Made by a program: the position numbers and the translations under genes. The notes below the pieces were generated by a model. The model was given only the letters and a program-made list of their open reading frames with translations, had not been told where the DNA came from and did no database searches. From contig JBEPZV010000001.1 in NCBI GenBank assembly GCA_041640655.1, positions 128,001-192,000 of the forward strand: a DNA stretch of 64,000 bases, written 5' to 3'. How positions within the stretch are numbered: position 1 is the stretch's first letter; every line of letters starts with the position of its first letter. Source of the stretch: a bacterium. GTDB lineage: Bacteria; Acidobacteriota; Blastocatellia; HR10. Below are positions 29,583-40,195 of the stretch, in pieces.

Positions 29583-30380
29583 ATGGCCAAGACGTCCGCC
29601 AGAGACTTCACGACCAAAGAACTCATCGCCGCCTTCATCGCCCATCAGGTGCGCGATGGAGAGCGCGTGGCCGTCGGCGCCGGACTTCACGTGCCGCGCG
29701 CCGGGATCCTGCTGGCGCACCTGCTCTATTGCCCCAACGTGCGGCTCTACATCGTCATGACATTCACCAATCTGCTCAAGGAGCCGCGGATGGAGCCCTT
29801 CTACACGGTGACCGATTTCCGCCCGGCGAAATGGGCCGAAGCCTACGTCCTGCACGACGATTTCCAAGAGAACCCCCGCCTGGTCTCAAATATGTTCGTC
29901 GTGGGCGCTCTGCAGATTGATCCCTACGGGAATTCGAACCTCATCGGCGTCGGCCGGGACTATCACCGACTGAGCTTTCGTGGGCCCGGGGCGGTGGGCA
30001 CGACCTCGATGGCCCATTACGTGGATCGCTACTACCTCTACGTGCAATCTCACGATCGGCGCATCTTCGTCGAGAAGTGCGACTTCATCTCCACCCTCGG
30101 TTGGGGAGAGGGGGGTCCCGATGGGCGCCGACGACTCGGCCTCCCCGATAACGGGCCGATCTATTGCATCACCCCGCTGGGCATCATGGACTTCGAGCCG
30201 CAGACCAAGCGCATGCGACTCAAGTCCGTCCATCCCGGCGTGACCGTGGACGACGTGGTGCGAAACACGGGATTTGAGCTGATCATCCCCGATGTGGTGC
30301 CGGAGACCGAACCACCGACGGTCGAAGAGCTGCGCGTGCTTCGCGAGCGCATTGACGTGGAGGGGATGCTGCGACGATGA
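29583..30380 (+). CDS. IpdB-like CoA-transferase-family beta subunit
   Basis: GALQIDPYGNSN, FRGPGAVG, FVEKCDF, LKSVHPGVT; no catalytic Glu. Confidence 0.88.
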   Translation: MAKTSARDFTTKELIAAFIAHQVRDGERVAVGAGLHVPRAGILLAHLLYCPNVRLYIVMTFTNLLKEPRMEPFYTVTDFRPAKWAEAYVLHDDFQENPRLVSNMFVVGALQIDPYGNSNLIGVGRDYHRLSFRGPGAVGTTSMAHYVDRYYLYVQSHDRRIFVEKCDFISTLGWGEGGPDGRRRLGLPDNGPIYCITPLGIMDFEPQTKRMRLKSVHPGVTVDDVVRNTGFELIIPDVVPETEPPTVEELRVLRERIDVEGMLRR

Positions 30381-32287
30381 CCTGGAAACTCCTGGAGCCG
30401 ATCACCTTCAGCGGTCTGCGCGTGAAGAATCGGATCGTCATGCCCCCCATGGGGATGGGGTATGCGAACGAGGACGGTACCGTCTCCGATCGCATGATCC
30501 GCTATTACCTCCGGCGGGCGCAAAGCGGCGTCGGCATGATCGTCATCGAGAACTGCATCGTGGACCCTCAGGTCGTCGGCGTGGGACCGGAGCTGCGCAT
30601 TCACGACGATCTCTACATCGAGGGATTGCGCCGGCTCGTGCGCGCGCTCAAGCCCTACGACGTCATCGTCGGCTTGCAGTTGAACCACATGGGGCGGCAA
30701 ACGACCTTGGGCACGCCCGTCGCCCCCTCGCCCATCCCCATCTCGCCCAAAGGGCCGATCCCGCGCGCCCTCACGACGGAGGAGATTCGCGTCGTCGTGA
30801 GCGAATTCGTCGAGGGAGCGCGGCGCGCGCGCGAGGCCGGCTTCGACTTCGTCGAGATCCACGGCGCGCACGGATACCTCGTCTGCGAATTCCTCTCCCC
30901 GGCCTCCAATCGCCGGGAGGACGAGTATGGAGGCTCCCTGGAGGGCCGACTGCGCTTCCCCCTGGAGATCGTCGCGGGCATCCGCGAACGTGTGGGCGCG
31001 GATTTCCCCATTCAGTTTCGCCTCTCCGCTCAGGAATACGTGCCCGAGGGGTTGACGCTGGAGGAGACCCGCCAGGTCGCGCGGCGTCTGGAGCAGGCTG
31101 GCGTCAGCGCGATCAGCGTCTCCGCGGGGAATTGGCAAACGCTCCATTACATCATGGCGCCCATGTTCATGCCCAAGGGGTACCTCGTCGAGGACGCCGC
31201 GGCGATCAAATCCGCCGTGCACATCCCGGTCATCGCCGTCGGCCGCCTGCATGACGTCGCCGTGGCCGAGCGCGTCCTGCGCGAGGGGAAGGCCGATCTC
31301 ATCGCCGTCGGCCGCGGGCTCATCGCCGATCCCGAATGGGCGAAGAAGGTGAGGGAAGACCGCATCGAGGACATCCGACCCTGCATCTCCTGCAACTATT
31401 GCGTGGACTTCGTCTCGCGGGCGCTAGAGGCGCGCTGTACGGTCAATGCCGAACTCGGCGAGGAGTTCACGTTCCATGTTCGACCGGCGCGACAGCGCAA
31501 GCGCATCGTCATCATCGGTGGCGGACCGGCCGGACTGGAGGCGGCGCGCGTGGCGGCCGAACGCGGGCACGAGGTCTGGCTCTTCGAGAAGGATCGGCGC
31601 CTGGGCGGGAAGCTCCACGTCTCGGCCGCCGCGCCCTCCAAGGCGGAGATCCATCGGTTCACGGAATATCTGATCCGCCAGATCCAGAAGCATCGCGTCC
31701 GCGTCGAATTGGGCGTGACGCTCACGCGCGAGGAGCTGCTCGGAGGACATCCCGACATCATCATCCTGGCGACGGGGAGCGTGCCCGCGATCCCTCCGCT
31801 TGTGGGCGCGGACCTCCCCATGGTGGCGCTCGCCGAAGACGTGCTGCTTGGGCGCACCACCGTGGGCCCTCGCGTGGTGATCGTGGGCGGAGGCGGAACC
31901 GGGTGCGACGTGGCCGAATATCTGCTCCATCGCGGCCACGAGCTGACGATCCTCGAACTGCTCTCGCATATCGGCCGGGGCGTGGAAGCCATCACCCGCC
32001 GCTACCTGTACTATGCGTTCAAAAAGGCGGGCGTGCGCCTGCTGACGCGACACCGTATCGCGCGAATCGAGCCAGGACGGGCCATCGCACTCGATGAGCA
32101 GGATCGCGAACACCTCATCCCATGCGACTCCGTCGTCCTCGCCATGGGATACCGGCCGAATGACGAGATGGCCTTCTGTCTGGAAGAGGACTTCCCCGTA
32201 CCCGTGTATCGGATCGGGGATTGCGTCCGTCCGGGGACGATCCTGGACGCGGTGACCCAGGGCGCTCACCTGGCGGCGAAGCTGTGA
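30377..32287 (+). CDS. Old-yellow-enzyme-type NADH:flavin oxidoreductase with Fe-S cluster (FadH/BaiCD-like)
   Basis: NRIVMPPM, EIHGAHGYL, REDEYGGS, CISCNYC..C.VN, two GxGxxG motifs. Confidence 0.9.
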   Translation: MTWKLLEPITFSGLRVKNRIVMPPMGMGYANEDGTVSDRMIRYYLRRAQSGVGMIVIENCIVDPQVVGVGPELRIHDDLYIEGLRRLVRALKPYDVIVGLQLNHMGRQTTLGTPVAPSPIPISPKGPIPRALTTEEIRVVVSEFVEGARRAREAGFDFVEIHGAHGYLVCEFLSPASNRREDEYGGSLEGRLRFPLEIVAGIRERVGADFPIQFRLSAQEYVPEGLTLEETRQVARRLEQAGVSAISVSAGNWQTLHYIMAPMFMPKGYLVEDAAAIKSAVHIPVIAVGRLHDVAVAERVLREGKADLIAVGRGLIADPEWAKKVREDRIEDIRPCISCNYCVDFVSRALEARCTVNAELGEEFTFHVRPARQRKRIVIIGGGPAGLEAARVAAERGHEVWLFEKDRRLGGKLHVSAAAPSKAEIHRFTEYLIRQIQKHRVRVELGVTLTREELLGGHPDIIILATGSVPAIPPLVGADLPMVALAEDVLLGRTTVGPRVVIVGGGGTGCDVAEYLLHRGHELTILELLSHIGRGVEAITRRYLYYAFKKAGVRLLTRHRIARIEPGRAIALDEQDREHLIPCDSVVLAMGYRPNDEMAFCLEEDFPVPVYRIGDCVRPGTILDAVTQGAHLAAKL

Positions 32288-32396
32288 GCCGATGCCGGGG
32301 CCTCAAGCGTTCCCTCGACGCGCGCGGGCTTGCCCGGCGCCGGCGCCGTGCGGCAAGCTTGAAGCGCGGGGCATCTTCGCGAAAGGAGGAGAAGAC

Positions 32397-33077
32397 GTGG
32401 TCGTCGCACGAGGACGCGCCAGACGACACCCCGGCGAAGAGGGGGAACGCTTCGAGGAGATCTTGAGGGCCGCCGCCGAACTCTTCTATGAGAAGGGATA
32501 TCACGCGACAACGATGCAGGACGTCGCCGATCGGGTGGGGATGCTCAAGGGATCGCTCTACTACTACATCGACTCCAAAGAGGACCTGCTCTACATCACG
32601 CTCGATCAGGTCATCAAAAAGGGCGACGATTATTTCCTGCAGAAGGTCGCTTCAGCGCGCGATCCGATCGAGAAGCTGCGCCGCGCCATCGAGGCCGAGA
32701 TCGAATACGTCATCCGAGATCAGGTGACCGTCGGGCTTTTCCTGCATGAGTTCGACACGCTCTCGGATCGGCGCCGCCGTCGTATCCTCGCCCGCATGCG
32801 CCGGTTCCAGAATCGCTACATCGAGATCATCCGCGAGGGACAAGCGGCGGGCGTCTTCCGCGAGCTCGATCCTCGGCTGGTGGTCTACGGGATCCTCGGC
32901 ATGTGCAATTGGGTGTATCGGTGGTATCGGCCCGATCTCGGGTTCCCGCTCGAGCAGATCACCGCCGTCTTCACCCGCCTCATCCTCGACGGCATCGTGA
33001 AGCCGGACGCCAGGCCGGATTCGTCCAGAGCGCGGAGACGATCGGGGCGGACACCGAGATCGCGTCCCTCGAGATGA
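32397..33077 (+). CDS. TetR-family regulator (KstR2/PaaR-like)
   Basis: ILRAAAELFYEKGYHATTMQDVA..KGSLYYY; ILGMCNWVYRWYRP; GTG start after AAAGGAGG. Confidence 0.9.
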   Translation: MVVARGRARRHPGEEGERFEEILRAAAELFYEKGYHATTMQDVADRVGMLKGSLYYYIDSKEDLLYITLDQVIKKGDDYFLQKVASARDPIEKLRRAIEAEIEYVIRDQVTVGLFLHEFDTLSDRRRRRILARMRRFQNRYIEIIREGQAAGVFRELDPRLVVYGILGMCNWVYRWYRPDLGFPLEQITAVFTRLILDGIVKPDARPDSSRARRRSGRTPRSRPSR

Positions 33078-33146
33078 CGTGGGCGCGCCCGTCCCGAATC
33101 GCGAGACGGGACGCCGTGAGAGAATCCGCATGAGGAGGTGAGGGCC

Positions 33147-34352
33147 ATGGTCGCGCACCGTTCGGAGAAGAACGTCCCCCTCGACGGGGGATTGAATTTC
33201 GACCTCGGCAAGGAGAAGGAGCTGCTGCGACAGAATATCCGCGCGTTCGTCGAACGCGAGTGTCCGCGCGAGTACGTGCGCGAGCTGGATGAGCGGGAGG
33301 AATATCCGGAGCGCATCTGGCAGAAGCTCGCCGAATACGGGTTTCTGCAACTCCCCGTTCCGGAATCCTACGGGGGAATCGGGGGGGATATCGTGGATCT
33401 GGCCATCGTCACCGAGGAGCTGGCGCGACGCAGCGGGGCCATCGCCCTGACGTTCTGGATGTCCGCATGCTTCGGCGCCATGACGCTGAATCTGGTGGGG
33501 ACCGAGGAGCAGAAGCGGCGGTATCTGCCCCTGCTCGCCGAGGGGAAGATCAAGTTCGCTATCTCCCTGACCGAGCCCGATGGTGGGACTGACGTGGCCG
33601 GAGCCATGAAGACGCGCGCGGTCGAGGATGGCGACGGATACGTGATCACGGGACAGAAGGTGTGGACGACGGCGGCTCACGTCTCCGATTACCTGATCGT
33701 CTTCGCGCGCACAAACGAGAACGTCGCGAAGCGGGTGGATGGCATCTCGGCCTTCCTCGTGGACCGGCGCACGCCGGGCATCACGCTGCGGAGGTTGGAG
33801 AAGATCGGTATCCGCGCCACGCCATCCTTCGAGGTCTTCTACGATCAGGTGCGCGTCCCGCGGGAGAATCTGCTCGGAGAGCGGGATAAGGGGCTCTATC
33901 AGTTGTTCGGCATGCTCAACGAGGAGCGCATCCTCACGGCCGCCATGTGCGTGGGCGAAGCTCAAGGGGCCTTCGAGGACGCGCTCGCGTACGCCAAGCA
34001 GCGGCAGGCCTTCGGCAAGCCGATCGGCCAATTTCAAGCCATTCAGCACAAGCTCTCGTGGATGTACACGAAGCTGGAGCTGGCGCGGTTGATCACCTAC
34101 AAGGCGGCCTGGCTGCAATCGCAGGGACGAGACTGCGCCCTCGAGGCCAATATGGCGAAGCTCGTGGCGGCCAACTTCGGTTTCGAGATCGCCGACATGG
34201 GGATGCAGATTCTCGGCGGATACTGCTACAGCCGCGAATACGATATGCAGCGCTACTGGCGCGACGTGCGGCTGCATCGCGTCGGCCCGATCTCCGACGA
34301 GATGGTGCTGAATTTCATCGGAGAGCGCCTGGGCTTGCCGCGCAGCTATTGA
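33147..34352 (+). CDS. Acyl-CoA dehydrogenase
   Basis: SLTEPDGGTD, GQKVWT, LNEER, FGKPIGQFQAIQH, RYWRD. Confidence 0.93.
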   Translation: MVAHRSEKNVPLDGGLNFDLGKEKELLRQNIRAFVERECPREYVRELDEREEYPERIWQKLAEYGFLQLPVPESYGGIGGDIVDLAIVTEELARRSGAIALTFWMSACFGAMTLNLVGTEEQKRRYLPLLAEGKIKFAISLTEPDGGTDVAGAMKTRAVEDGDGYVITGQKVWTTAAHVSDYLIVFARTNENVAKRVDGISAFLVDRRTPGITLRRLEKIGIRATPSFEVFYDQVRVPRENLLGERDKGLYQLFGMLNEERILTAAMCVGEAQGAFEDALAYAKQRQAFGKPIGQFQAIQHKLSWMYTKLELARLITYKAAWLQSQGRDCALEANMAKLVAANFGFEIADMGMQILGGYCYSREYDMQRYWRDVRLHRVGPISDEMVLNFIGERLGLPRSY

Positions 34353-34365
34353 TGCGGGGGAGGCG

Positions 34366-35190
34366 ATGCTCTCGCTCGAGGGGAAGGTCGCCATCGTGAC
34401 CGGATCGGGACGCGGGATCGGACGCGCCACGGTCCTGACCCTGGCGGCGCTCGGCGCCCGCGTCGTCATCAATGATGTGGACGAGGAGCCGGCGCGCGAG
34501 ACCGAAGCCCTCGTGCGCCAGCGGGGCGGACACGCGGTCGTCCTGATCGGGAGCGTCGCGCGCTCGGACGTGGCTCCGGCGCTTGTGCGCGCGGCCCTCA
34601 CGCACTTCGGAGAGCTCGATATCCTCGTCAATAACGCCGGAGTCACCGCCGATGCCATGCTCCACCGGATGACCGACGAACAATACGACCGCGTCATGGA
34701 CGTCGTGCTGCGCGGCACGTTCTACGGCATGCGCGCGGCGGCGGCTTATTTCCGGGAGGCCTTCCGACAGGACCAGCAGCGCGGCGCGCGCGTGCACCGC
34801 AAGATCATCAACGTCAGCTCGATCGCCGGTATTCACGGGGCCGTCGGCAACGCCAACTACGCCGCGGCCAAGGCCGGAGTGATCGGCTTGACCAAGGCCG
34901 CCGCCCGCGAGCTGGCGCCCTTTCTGGTCAACGTGAACGCGGTCGCCCCCGGCTTCATCGAAACCCGTTTGACCGCTGCGCGCGACGCGACCGCCTCACC
35001 CGAGCTTGGCCTTCCCCCATCGGTGCGCGAGCGCATCCTGCAACAGATGCCTTTCGGGCGTCCCGGATATCCGGAGGATGTGGCCGCGGCCATCGCGTTC
35101 CTGGCCTCTCCGCATGCCGATTTCATCACCGGACAGGTCCTGCAGATTGATGGCGGATTGGAGTTCATCAATCCCGTCTCCGGGACATAA
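34366..35190 (+). CDS. SDR, 3-oxoacyl reductase-like
   Basis: TGSGRGIG, NNAG, NYAAAKAG, APGFIETR. Confidence 0.92.
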   Translation: MLSLEGKVAIVTGSGRGIGRATVLTLAALGARVVINDVDEEPARETEALVRQRGGHAVVLIGSVARSDVAPALVRAALTHFGELDILVNNAGVTADAMLHRMTDEQYDRVMDVVLRGTFYGMRAAAAYFREAFRQDQQRGARVHRKIINVSSIAGIHGAVGNANYAAAKAGVIGLTKAAARELAPFLVNVNAVAPGFIETRLTAARDATASPELGLPPSVRERILQQMPFGRPGYPEDVAAAIAFLASPHADFITGQVLQIDGGLEFINPVSGT

Positions 35191-35224
35191 CCGATCCTCA
35201 CATCGCCGCAGGGAGGACGTCACC

Positions 35225-35713
35225 ATGCCGAAACTGAAGTTCGATCACATCGCTTTTCTAGTGCGCGATCTGGATCAGGCCGTGCGGGATTATCAGCAGA
35301 TCCTGAGCGTCCTCGACCCGGAACAGGCGGAGCAGGTCGTCTGGGACGAGGGCGAAGCCGATGGCTATAAGCTCCGCTGGGCAACCTTCGTCAATCCCCA
35401 CGGGACCTCGATCCAATTCTTCGAGAGTCAGCACCCGGCCGATCAAAAGCTCTTGGAGAAGTACGGCGAGCGCGTGCATCATCTGGCGTTCACGACGAGC
35501 GATCTCCCGCAGACGATCGCGGAGTTGCAAAAGGCGGGCATTCCGCTGATCAGCGCCGAGCCCACGGGGCCATCGCATATCCCCTGGTTGAAGTGGGTCT
35601 TCGTTCCTCCGCGCAAGGCGCACGGCGTGCTCATCGAGGTCGCCACGCGCTATCGCGTGGAGAATAACCGATGGGTGCCCGATGTGGAGGGAGGAGACGA
35701 GGCATCGTCCTGA
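35225..35713 (+). CDS. VOC-family protein (epimerase-like)
   Basis: DHIAFLV, GERVHHLAF, FVPPRKAHGVLIE. Confidence 0.82.
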   Translation: MPKLKFDHIAFLVRDLDQAVRDYQQILSVLDPEQAEQVVWDEGEADGYKLRWATFVNPHGTSIQFFESQHPADQKLLEKYGERVHHLAFTTSDLPQTIAELQKAGIPLISAEPTGPSHIPWLKWVFVPPRKAHGVLIEVATRYRVENNRWVPDVEGGDEASS

Positions 35714-35727
35714 GCGGAGGACCGAGC

Positions 35728-37104
35728 ATGGCGTCGGGGGAGCACCGATCCGAGGCGTACTTCGAACCGCAGTGGGAGTTGATGCCGCGCGAACAGCTCG
35801 AGGCCGTGCGGCTGCAGAAGTTGCACCGGCAACTCCGCTACGCGTACGAGGCGTCGGCCTTCTACCGGGAGAAGTTTCATCAGGCGGGGGCGCGCCCCCA
35901 GGACATCCGCACGCTCGAGGATCTCCGCCGGTTGCCGATCTTCATCACGCCGGAGATTCATCGGGAGAGCCAGGAGCAGTCGCTGCGCGAGGAGGGACAT
36001 CCCTTCGGGATGTTCCTCTGCGCGCCCCCGGAGCAGGTCATCGCCGTGGCGGCGACCTCGGGGACCACGGGAGAGCCCACCTTCTACGCCTTCACCCGAC
36101 AAGATGTGGAGGTGACCAACCGCCTCTGGGCGCGCGCCTTCTGGCGCGCGGGGATCAGACCGGGCGATACGGTGATGCACGCCTTCGGCTTGAGCATGTT
36201 CCTGGCCGGAGTCCCCGTCGTCCGCGCCCTGGAATGGATGGGCGCGCGCCCCATCCCCTGCGGGGCCGAGGCCGGAAGCGAGCGCTTGCTGAAGCTCATC
36301 CGGTGGACGCGCCCGCGCGCGCTGCTGTGCACGCCCTCATACGCCGAGTATCTGATCGAGGTCGCCCCCAAGGTCCTCGGCTGCGACGTCGGCGATCTGG
36401 GCATCGAGATCATCTGCTGCGCGGGCGAGCCGGGAGCCGGATTGCCGGAGGTTCGCCGCAAGATTCAGGACGCCTACGGCGCGCGCCTCTACGATATGCT
36501 CGGGGGCGCTCATGGGATCATGAACGTCTCCTGCGAGGCCTCCGAATACCAGGGGATGCATGTCCTCGGCGATGACTTCTCCGTCTCCGACGACCTCGTG
36601 GATCCGGAGACGAAGGAGCCCATCCCCCTCACAGAGGGAGCCATCGGCGAGCGGGTGAAGACGGCACTGCAGTGGGAGGCGCAGCCGCCGATCCGATACT
36701 CCGTCGGGGACATCTATCAGGTGTTCACCGAGCCGTGCCCCTGCGGGCGACCGGGACCGCGGATCAAGGTGCTCGGGCGCGTGGATGATCTGCTGATCGT
36801 CAAGGGCGTCAAGGTGTACCCGGCGGCCGTGAAGAACCTCGTGGAATCGTTCGGCCCACGCACGACCGGAGAGATGCGCATCGTGCTCGAGGCACCGGGA
36901 CCACGGGTGACGCCCCCGCTGCGGCTGCGCGTCGAATATCGCGCTGGTCTGGAGGGCGAACAGATCGAGCGCCTCAAGGCGGAGATCGCCGAGGCTATGC
37001 ACCACCGATTGCGCGTGCGCCCGGAGATCGAGATGGTCCCCGAAGGGACGCTCCCGCGCACGGCCCATAAGACGACGCTCATCGAACGACGATACGCCAG
37101 ATGA
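35728..37104 (+). CDS. Phenylacetate-CoA ligase family protein
   Basis: TSGTTGEP, TPSYA, AGEPG, IRYSVGD, GRVDDLLIVKGV. Confidence 0.9.
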   Translation: MASGEHRSEAYFEPQWELMPREQLEAVRLQKLHRQLRYAYEASAFYREKFHQAGARPQDIRTLEDLRRLPIFITPEIHRESQEQSLREEGHPFGMFLCAPPEQVIAVAATSGTTGEPTFYAFTRQDVEVTNRLWARAFWRAGIRPGDTVMHAFGLSMFLAGVPVVRALEWMGARPIPCGAEAGSERLLKLIRWTRPRALLCTPSYAEYLIEVAPKVLGCDVGDLGIEIICCAGEPGAGLPEVRRKIQDAYGARLYDMLGGAHGIMNVSCEASEYQGMHVLGDDFSVSDDLVDPETKEPIPLTEGAIGERVKTALQWEAQPPIRYSVGDIYQVFTEPCPCGRPGPRIKVLGRVDDLLIVKGVKVYPAAVKNLVESFGPRTTGEMRIVLEAPGPRVTPPLRLRVEYRAGLEGEQIERLKAEIAEAMHHRLRVRPEIEMVPEGTLPRTAHKTTLIERRYAR

Positions 37105-38768
37105 CGAACCGAACGGAGAAGATCCTCACGCTCGCCGAAGCCGTCCGGCAGATCGAGGACGGGAGCACGATCGCCCTCGGCGGTCTCTCCTACTTCAACG
37201 CGCCAATGGCGCTGGTGCGCGAATTGATCCGCCAGCGAAAGCGCGGGCTGACGGTGATCACCTCCGCCGTGACGGGCCTGCAGGCGGATCTGCTCATCGC
37301 CGCCGGAGGCGTGCGCCGGCTCATCAGCCCCTACGTGGGCCTGGAAGAGCTGGGCATGGCGCCGAATTTCCGGCGCGCGGCCGAGCGCGGGGAGATCGAG
37401 ATCTGCGAGATCGGAGAGGCCTTCCTCGCCTTCGGTCTGAAGGCGGGAGCAGCCGGCGCGCCCTTCTTCCCCCTCCCTCGCGCGCTCGCCCGCACGGATC
37501 TCGTTCGGGTGAATACCGACTATCGCTTCACCCGAGACCCATTCACCGGCGAGGAGGTCCTCTGCGTGCCGGCGCTTGTGCCCGATTGGGCGCTGCTGCA
37601 CGCGCAGCAGAGCGATCCGTTCGGAAACGCGCGCCATCTCGGATCGGCTTACATGGACCTGCTGTTGGCGCGCGCCGCGCGCCGCTGTATCGTGAGCTGC
37701 GATGAGGTGATCCCTCAAGAGGCCGTGCGCGCGGAGCCGCAGCGCACGACGCTGCCGGCAGTTCTCGTGGACCACGTCGTCCCGCTCTTCGGGAGCGCGC
37801 ATCCGACGGCGAGCGAGCCGCTCTACGATGTGGACCGCGAGCACCTGCGGCTCTATCTCGAACTCAGCCGGACGCCCGAAGGCGCGGCGCAATATCTCCA
37901 GGAATTCGTGCGCTCCTCCGACGAATCGGCGTATCTCCAGAAGGTGAGGGGGACTGCGCAGGTCTCCGCATCCCGAGTGGAATCGACCGCGTGCGAACCC
38001 GAGGAAGCGCCGCCATCGGTCGGAGAACTCTTGGCCATCATCTTCTCGCGCCTGGTCGAGGATGGGGACGTCGTGGGCGTCGGCACGGGATGTATGGAGG
38101 TCGCGGCCGGACTTCGATTGGCGCAGCTCACACACGCTCCCAACCTCTCCTTCATCATGGGCGGAACGGGGGCGCTCAATCCGGACGCGGAGGAGTTGCC
38201 CCCCTCGGTGAACTCGGCGCGGGCGATCTCCCGAGCCGAAGCCGTGCTGCGGCTGGAGGATCTGTTCGATCTGGAGCTGAAGGGCGATCTCGATGTGATG
38301 TTCCTGAGCGGCTTGCAGATTGATCGGCACGGGAACGTGAACCTCGTGGGCATTGGTCCGTGGTCGGCACCGCGACGCCGAGGGCCGGGAAGCGTGGGAT
38401 TGGAGCTGGCTCCCCGCGCGCGACGCCGCGTGGCCTTCTTCCGTCGGCACACGCGCCAGATCTTCGTCGAACGGGTTGATTTCATCTCGGCCCCGGGTTA
38501 TGTTCCCCAGGTGATCGAAGGCGGAGCCTACTGGGTCATCACCGATCTGGCCGTGATGGATTTCGATGACGAGGGGCGAATGCGGCTGGCCTCCCTCCAT
38601 CCCGGCGCGACGGTGGAGCAGGTTCGAGAGCGAACGGGCTTTGAACTCCTCATCCCGGCCTCGGTGCCGACGACGCCACCGCCGACGCACGAGGAGCTTC
38701 ACTTGTTACGCACCCAGGTGGACCGCCGAGGGCTCCTGCGGGCGGGTCCCCGCATGGGGTGTCCGTGA
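37101..38768 (+). CDS. Fused alpha-beta CoA-transferase-family (IpdAB/Gct-like) protein
   Basis: Alpha half: DGSTIALGG, HAQQSDPFGN, SAHP. Beta half: LTHAPNL, LQIDRHGNVN, LASLHPG. Confidence 0.88.
   Translation: MTNRTEKILTLAEAVRQIEDGSTIALGGLSYFNAPMALVRELIRQRKRGLTVITSAVTGLQADLLIAAGGVRRLISPYVGLEELGMAPNFRRAAERGEIEICEIGEAFLAFGLKAGAAGAPFFPLPRALARTDLVRVNTDYRFTRDPFTGEEVLCVPALVPDWALLHAQQSDPFGNARHLGSAYMDLLLARAARRCIVSCDEVIPQEAVRAEPQRTTLPAVLVDHVVPLFGSAHPTASEPLYDVDREHLRLYLELSRTPEGAAQYLQEFVRSSDESAYLQKVRGTAQVSASRVESTACEPEEAPPSVGELLAIIFSRLVEDGDVVGVGTGCMEVAAGLRLAQLTHAPNLSFIMGGTGALNPDAEELPPSVNSARAISRAEAVLRLEDLFDLELKGDLDVMFLSGLQIDRHGNVNLVGIGPWSAPRRRGPGSVGLELAPRARRRVAFFRRHTRQIFVERVDFISAPGYVPQVIEGGAYWVITDLAVMDFDDEGRMRLASLHPGATVEQVRERTGFELLIPASVPTTPPPTHEELHLLRTQVDRRGLLRAGPRMGCP
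38742..38765 (-). repeat. Degenerate short palindromic element forming the last codons of the fused CoA-transferase
   Basis: GCGGGTCCCCGCATGGGGTGTCCG; 19/24 identical to the reverse complement of the 9241 copy. Confidence 0.55.
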
Positions 38769-38791
38769 CGAACGAGAGAGGACGCTCTCGG

Positions 38792-40195
38792 ATGATCGGG
38801 ATCACAGGATACGCCGTATATCTGCCGCGCCATCGGATCGAGCGGGAGAAGATCGCAGCCGCTCATGGGACGAAGCCGATTCTGGGAGGAGAGCGAACGG
38901 CCATCGGCTTCGATGAGGATGCGCTGACGCTGGCTCTGGAAGCCGTGCAGGCTCTGGAGCTCCCCGAATGCCGGGGGATATATTTCGCGTCCACGACGGC
39001 GCCCTACCTGGAGCGCATGAACGCGGCGCTTCTGGCCACGGCGTGCGATCTCCCGGAAGAGGTCGCCGTGGCCGACTTCGCGCATTCGCTGCGAGCGGGG
39101 ACGGTGGCGCTCGCCGCGGCCCTGGATCGCGTAGCAGTCGGCGGCCAGGACCCCATCGTGGTGGTGGCCGCCGACGCGCGCGAAGCGCCACCGGAATCAC
39201 CCGAAGAGCAATGGTTCGGCGATGGCGCGGCGGCCCTGGCCATCGGGCGGGGAGCAGAGGTCTTGGCCGCAGTGCGAGCGCGGACGAGCGTGACCGATGA
39301 TTTCCTCGATTTCGTCCGGCGCGATAAGGATGAGCAGATCACGAGCTTCGCCTCCCGATTCACCCTGGAGGGGTATCGGCGAATCGTCGGTCGAGCCATC
39401 ACGCAGGTCCTCGAACACAGTGGGGTGAATCCGTCGGAGATCGCGCGCGTCATCCTGCCACCTCTGGATCCGAAAGCCTCCATTCGCACGGCCATGGAGT
39501 TGGGATTTCGGGCCGATCAGGTTCAGGAGACGTTCCTCGACCGCGTGGGGATGATCGGATGCGCCATGCCGCTCTTCCTCTTGAGCGCGGCCTTGGAGAC
39601 GGCACGGCCTGGCGATCTGATCCTCCTGGTGGGCTACGGGAGCGGCGCCGATGCCTTGCTCTTCGAGGTGACACCCGCTCTGGAGCGCTCCCGCAGATGT
39701 CCCTCGATCGCGGATCACTTGGAGGGCGGACTCCGATTCCCATCATACGAATTGTTCCGGAAAGCCCGGGCCTACTTCCGACGCCACGACGACGGGCCGG
39801 TGGTGTCGAACATCTTCTATGAGAAGGAAGAGGTGCGCACGATTCGGCTCCGAGGGACCGAATGCGGAGAATGCGGGCTGCGACAGTTCCCGCCGACGGC
39901 CGTGTGTCAGCGCTGTCGGAGCACAGAGGGATTGCGAGAGGTGAAGCTCGGGCGGCGCGGAGCCGTGTTCACCTATACCGTGGATTGGCTGGCGACTTCG
40001 CCCATGCCGCCGACGATCCTGGCCGTCGTGGATGTGGAGGGGGGAGGACGGCTCTATCTGCAAATGACCGACGTCGAGCCATCGGCAGTGCGCATCGGCA
40101 TGCCCGTGCGCGTGACGCTGCGACGGCTCGGAGCCGGTGGCGGTTTGTACCATTACTACTGGAAGTGCCGACCGGAGGGACGAAGCGATGGGTGA
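38792..40195 (+). CDS. HMG-CoA-synthase-like (no catalytic Cys) / DUF35 fusion protein
   Basis: GITGYAVYLP, DEDALTLA, SLRAGTVAL, GDGAAA, YGSGADA; C-terminal CGEC..CQRC and OB fold. Confidence 0.85.
   Translation: MIGITGYAVYLPRHRIEREKIAAAHGTKPILGGERTAIGFDEDALTLALEAVQALELPECRGIYFASTTAPYLERMNAALLATACDLPEEVAVADFAHSLRAGTVALAAALDRVAVGGQDPIVVVAADAREAPPESPEEQWFGDGAAALAIGRGAEVLAAVRARTSVTDDFLDFVRRDKDEQITSFASRFTLEGYRRIVGRAITQVLEHSGVNPSEIARVILPPLDPKASIRTAMELGFRADQVQETFLDRVGMIGCAMPLFLLSAALETARPGDLILLVGYGSGADALLFEVTPALERSRRCPSIADHLEGGLRFPSYELFRKARAYFRRHDDGPVVSNIFYEKEEVRTIRLRGTECGECGLRQFPPTAVCQRCRSTEGLREVKLGRRGAVFTYTVDWLATSPMPPTILAVVDVEGGGRLYLQMTDVEPSAVRIGMPVRVTLRRLGAGGGLYHYYWKCRPEGRSDG

Noticed and set aside
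33081..33115. CGTCCCG/CGGGACG hairpin after tetR as a member of the palindrome family
   Set aside because: The arms do not match the consensus; single copy.
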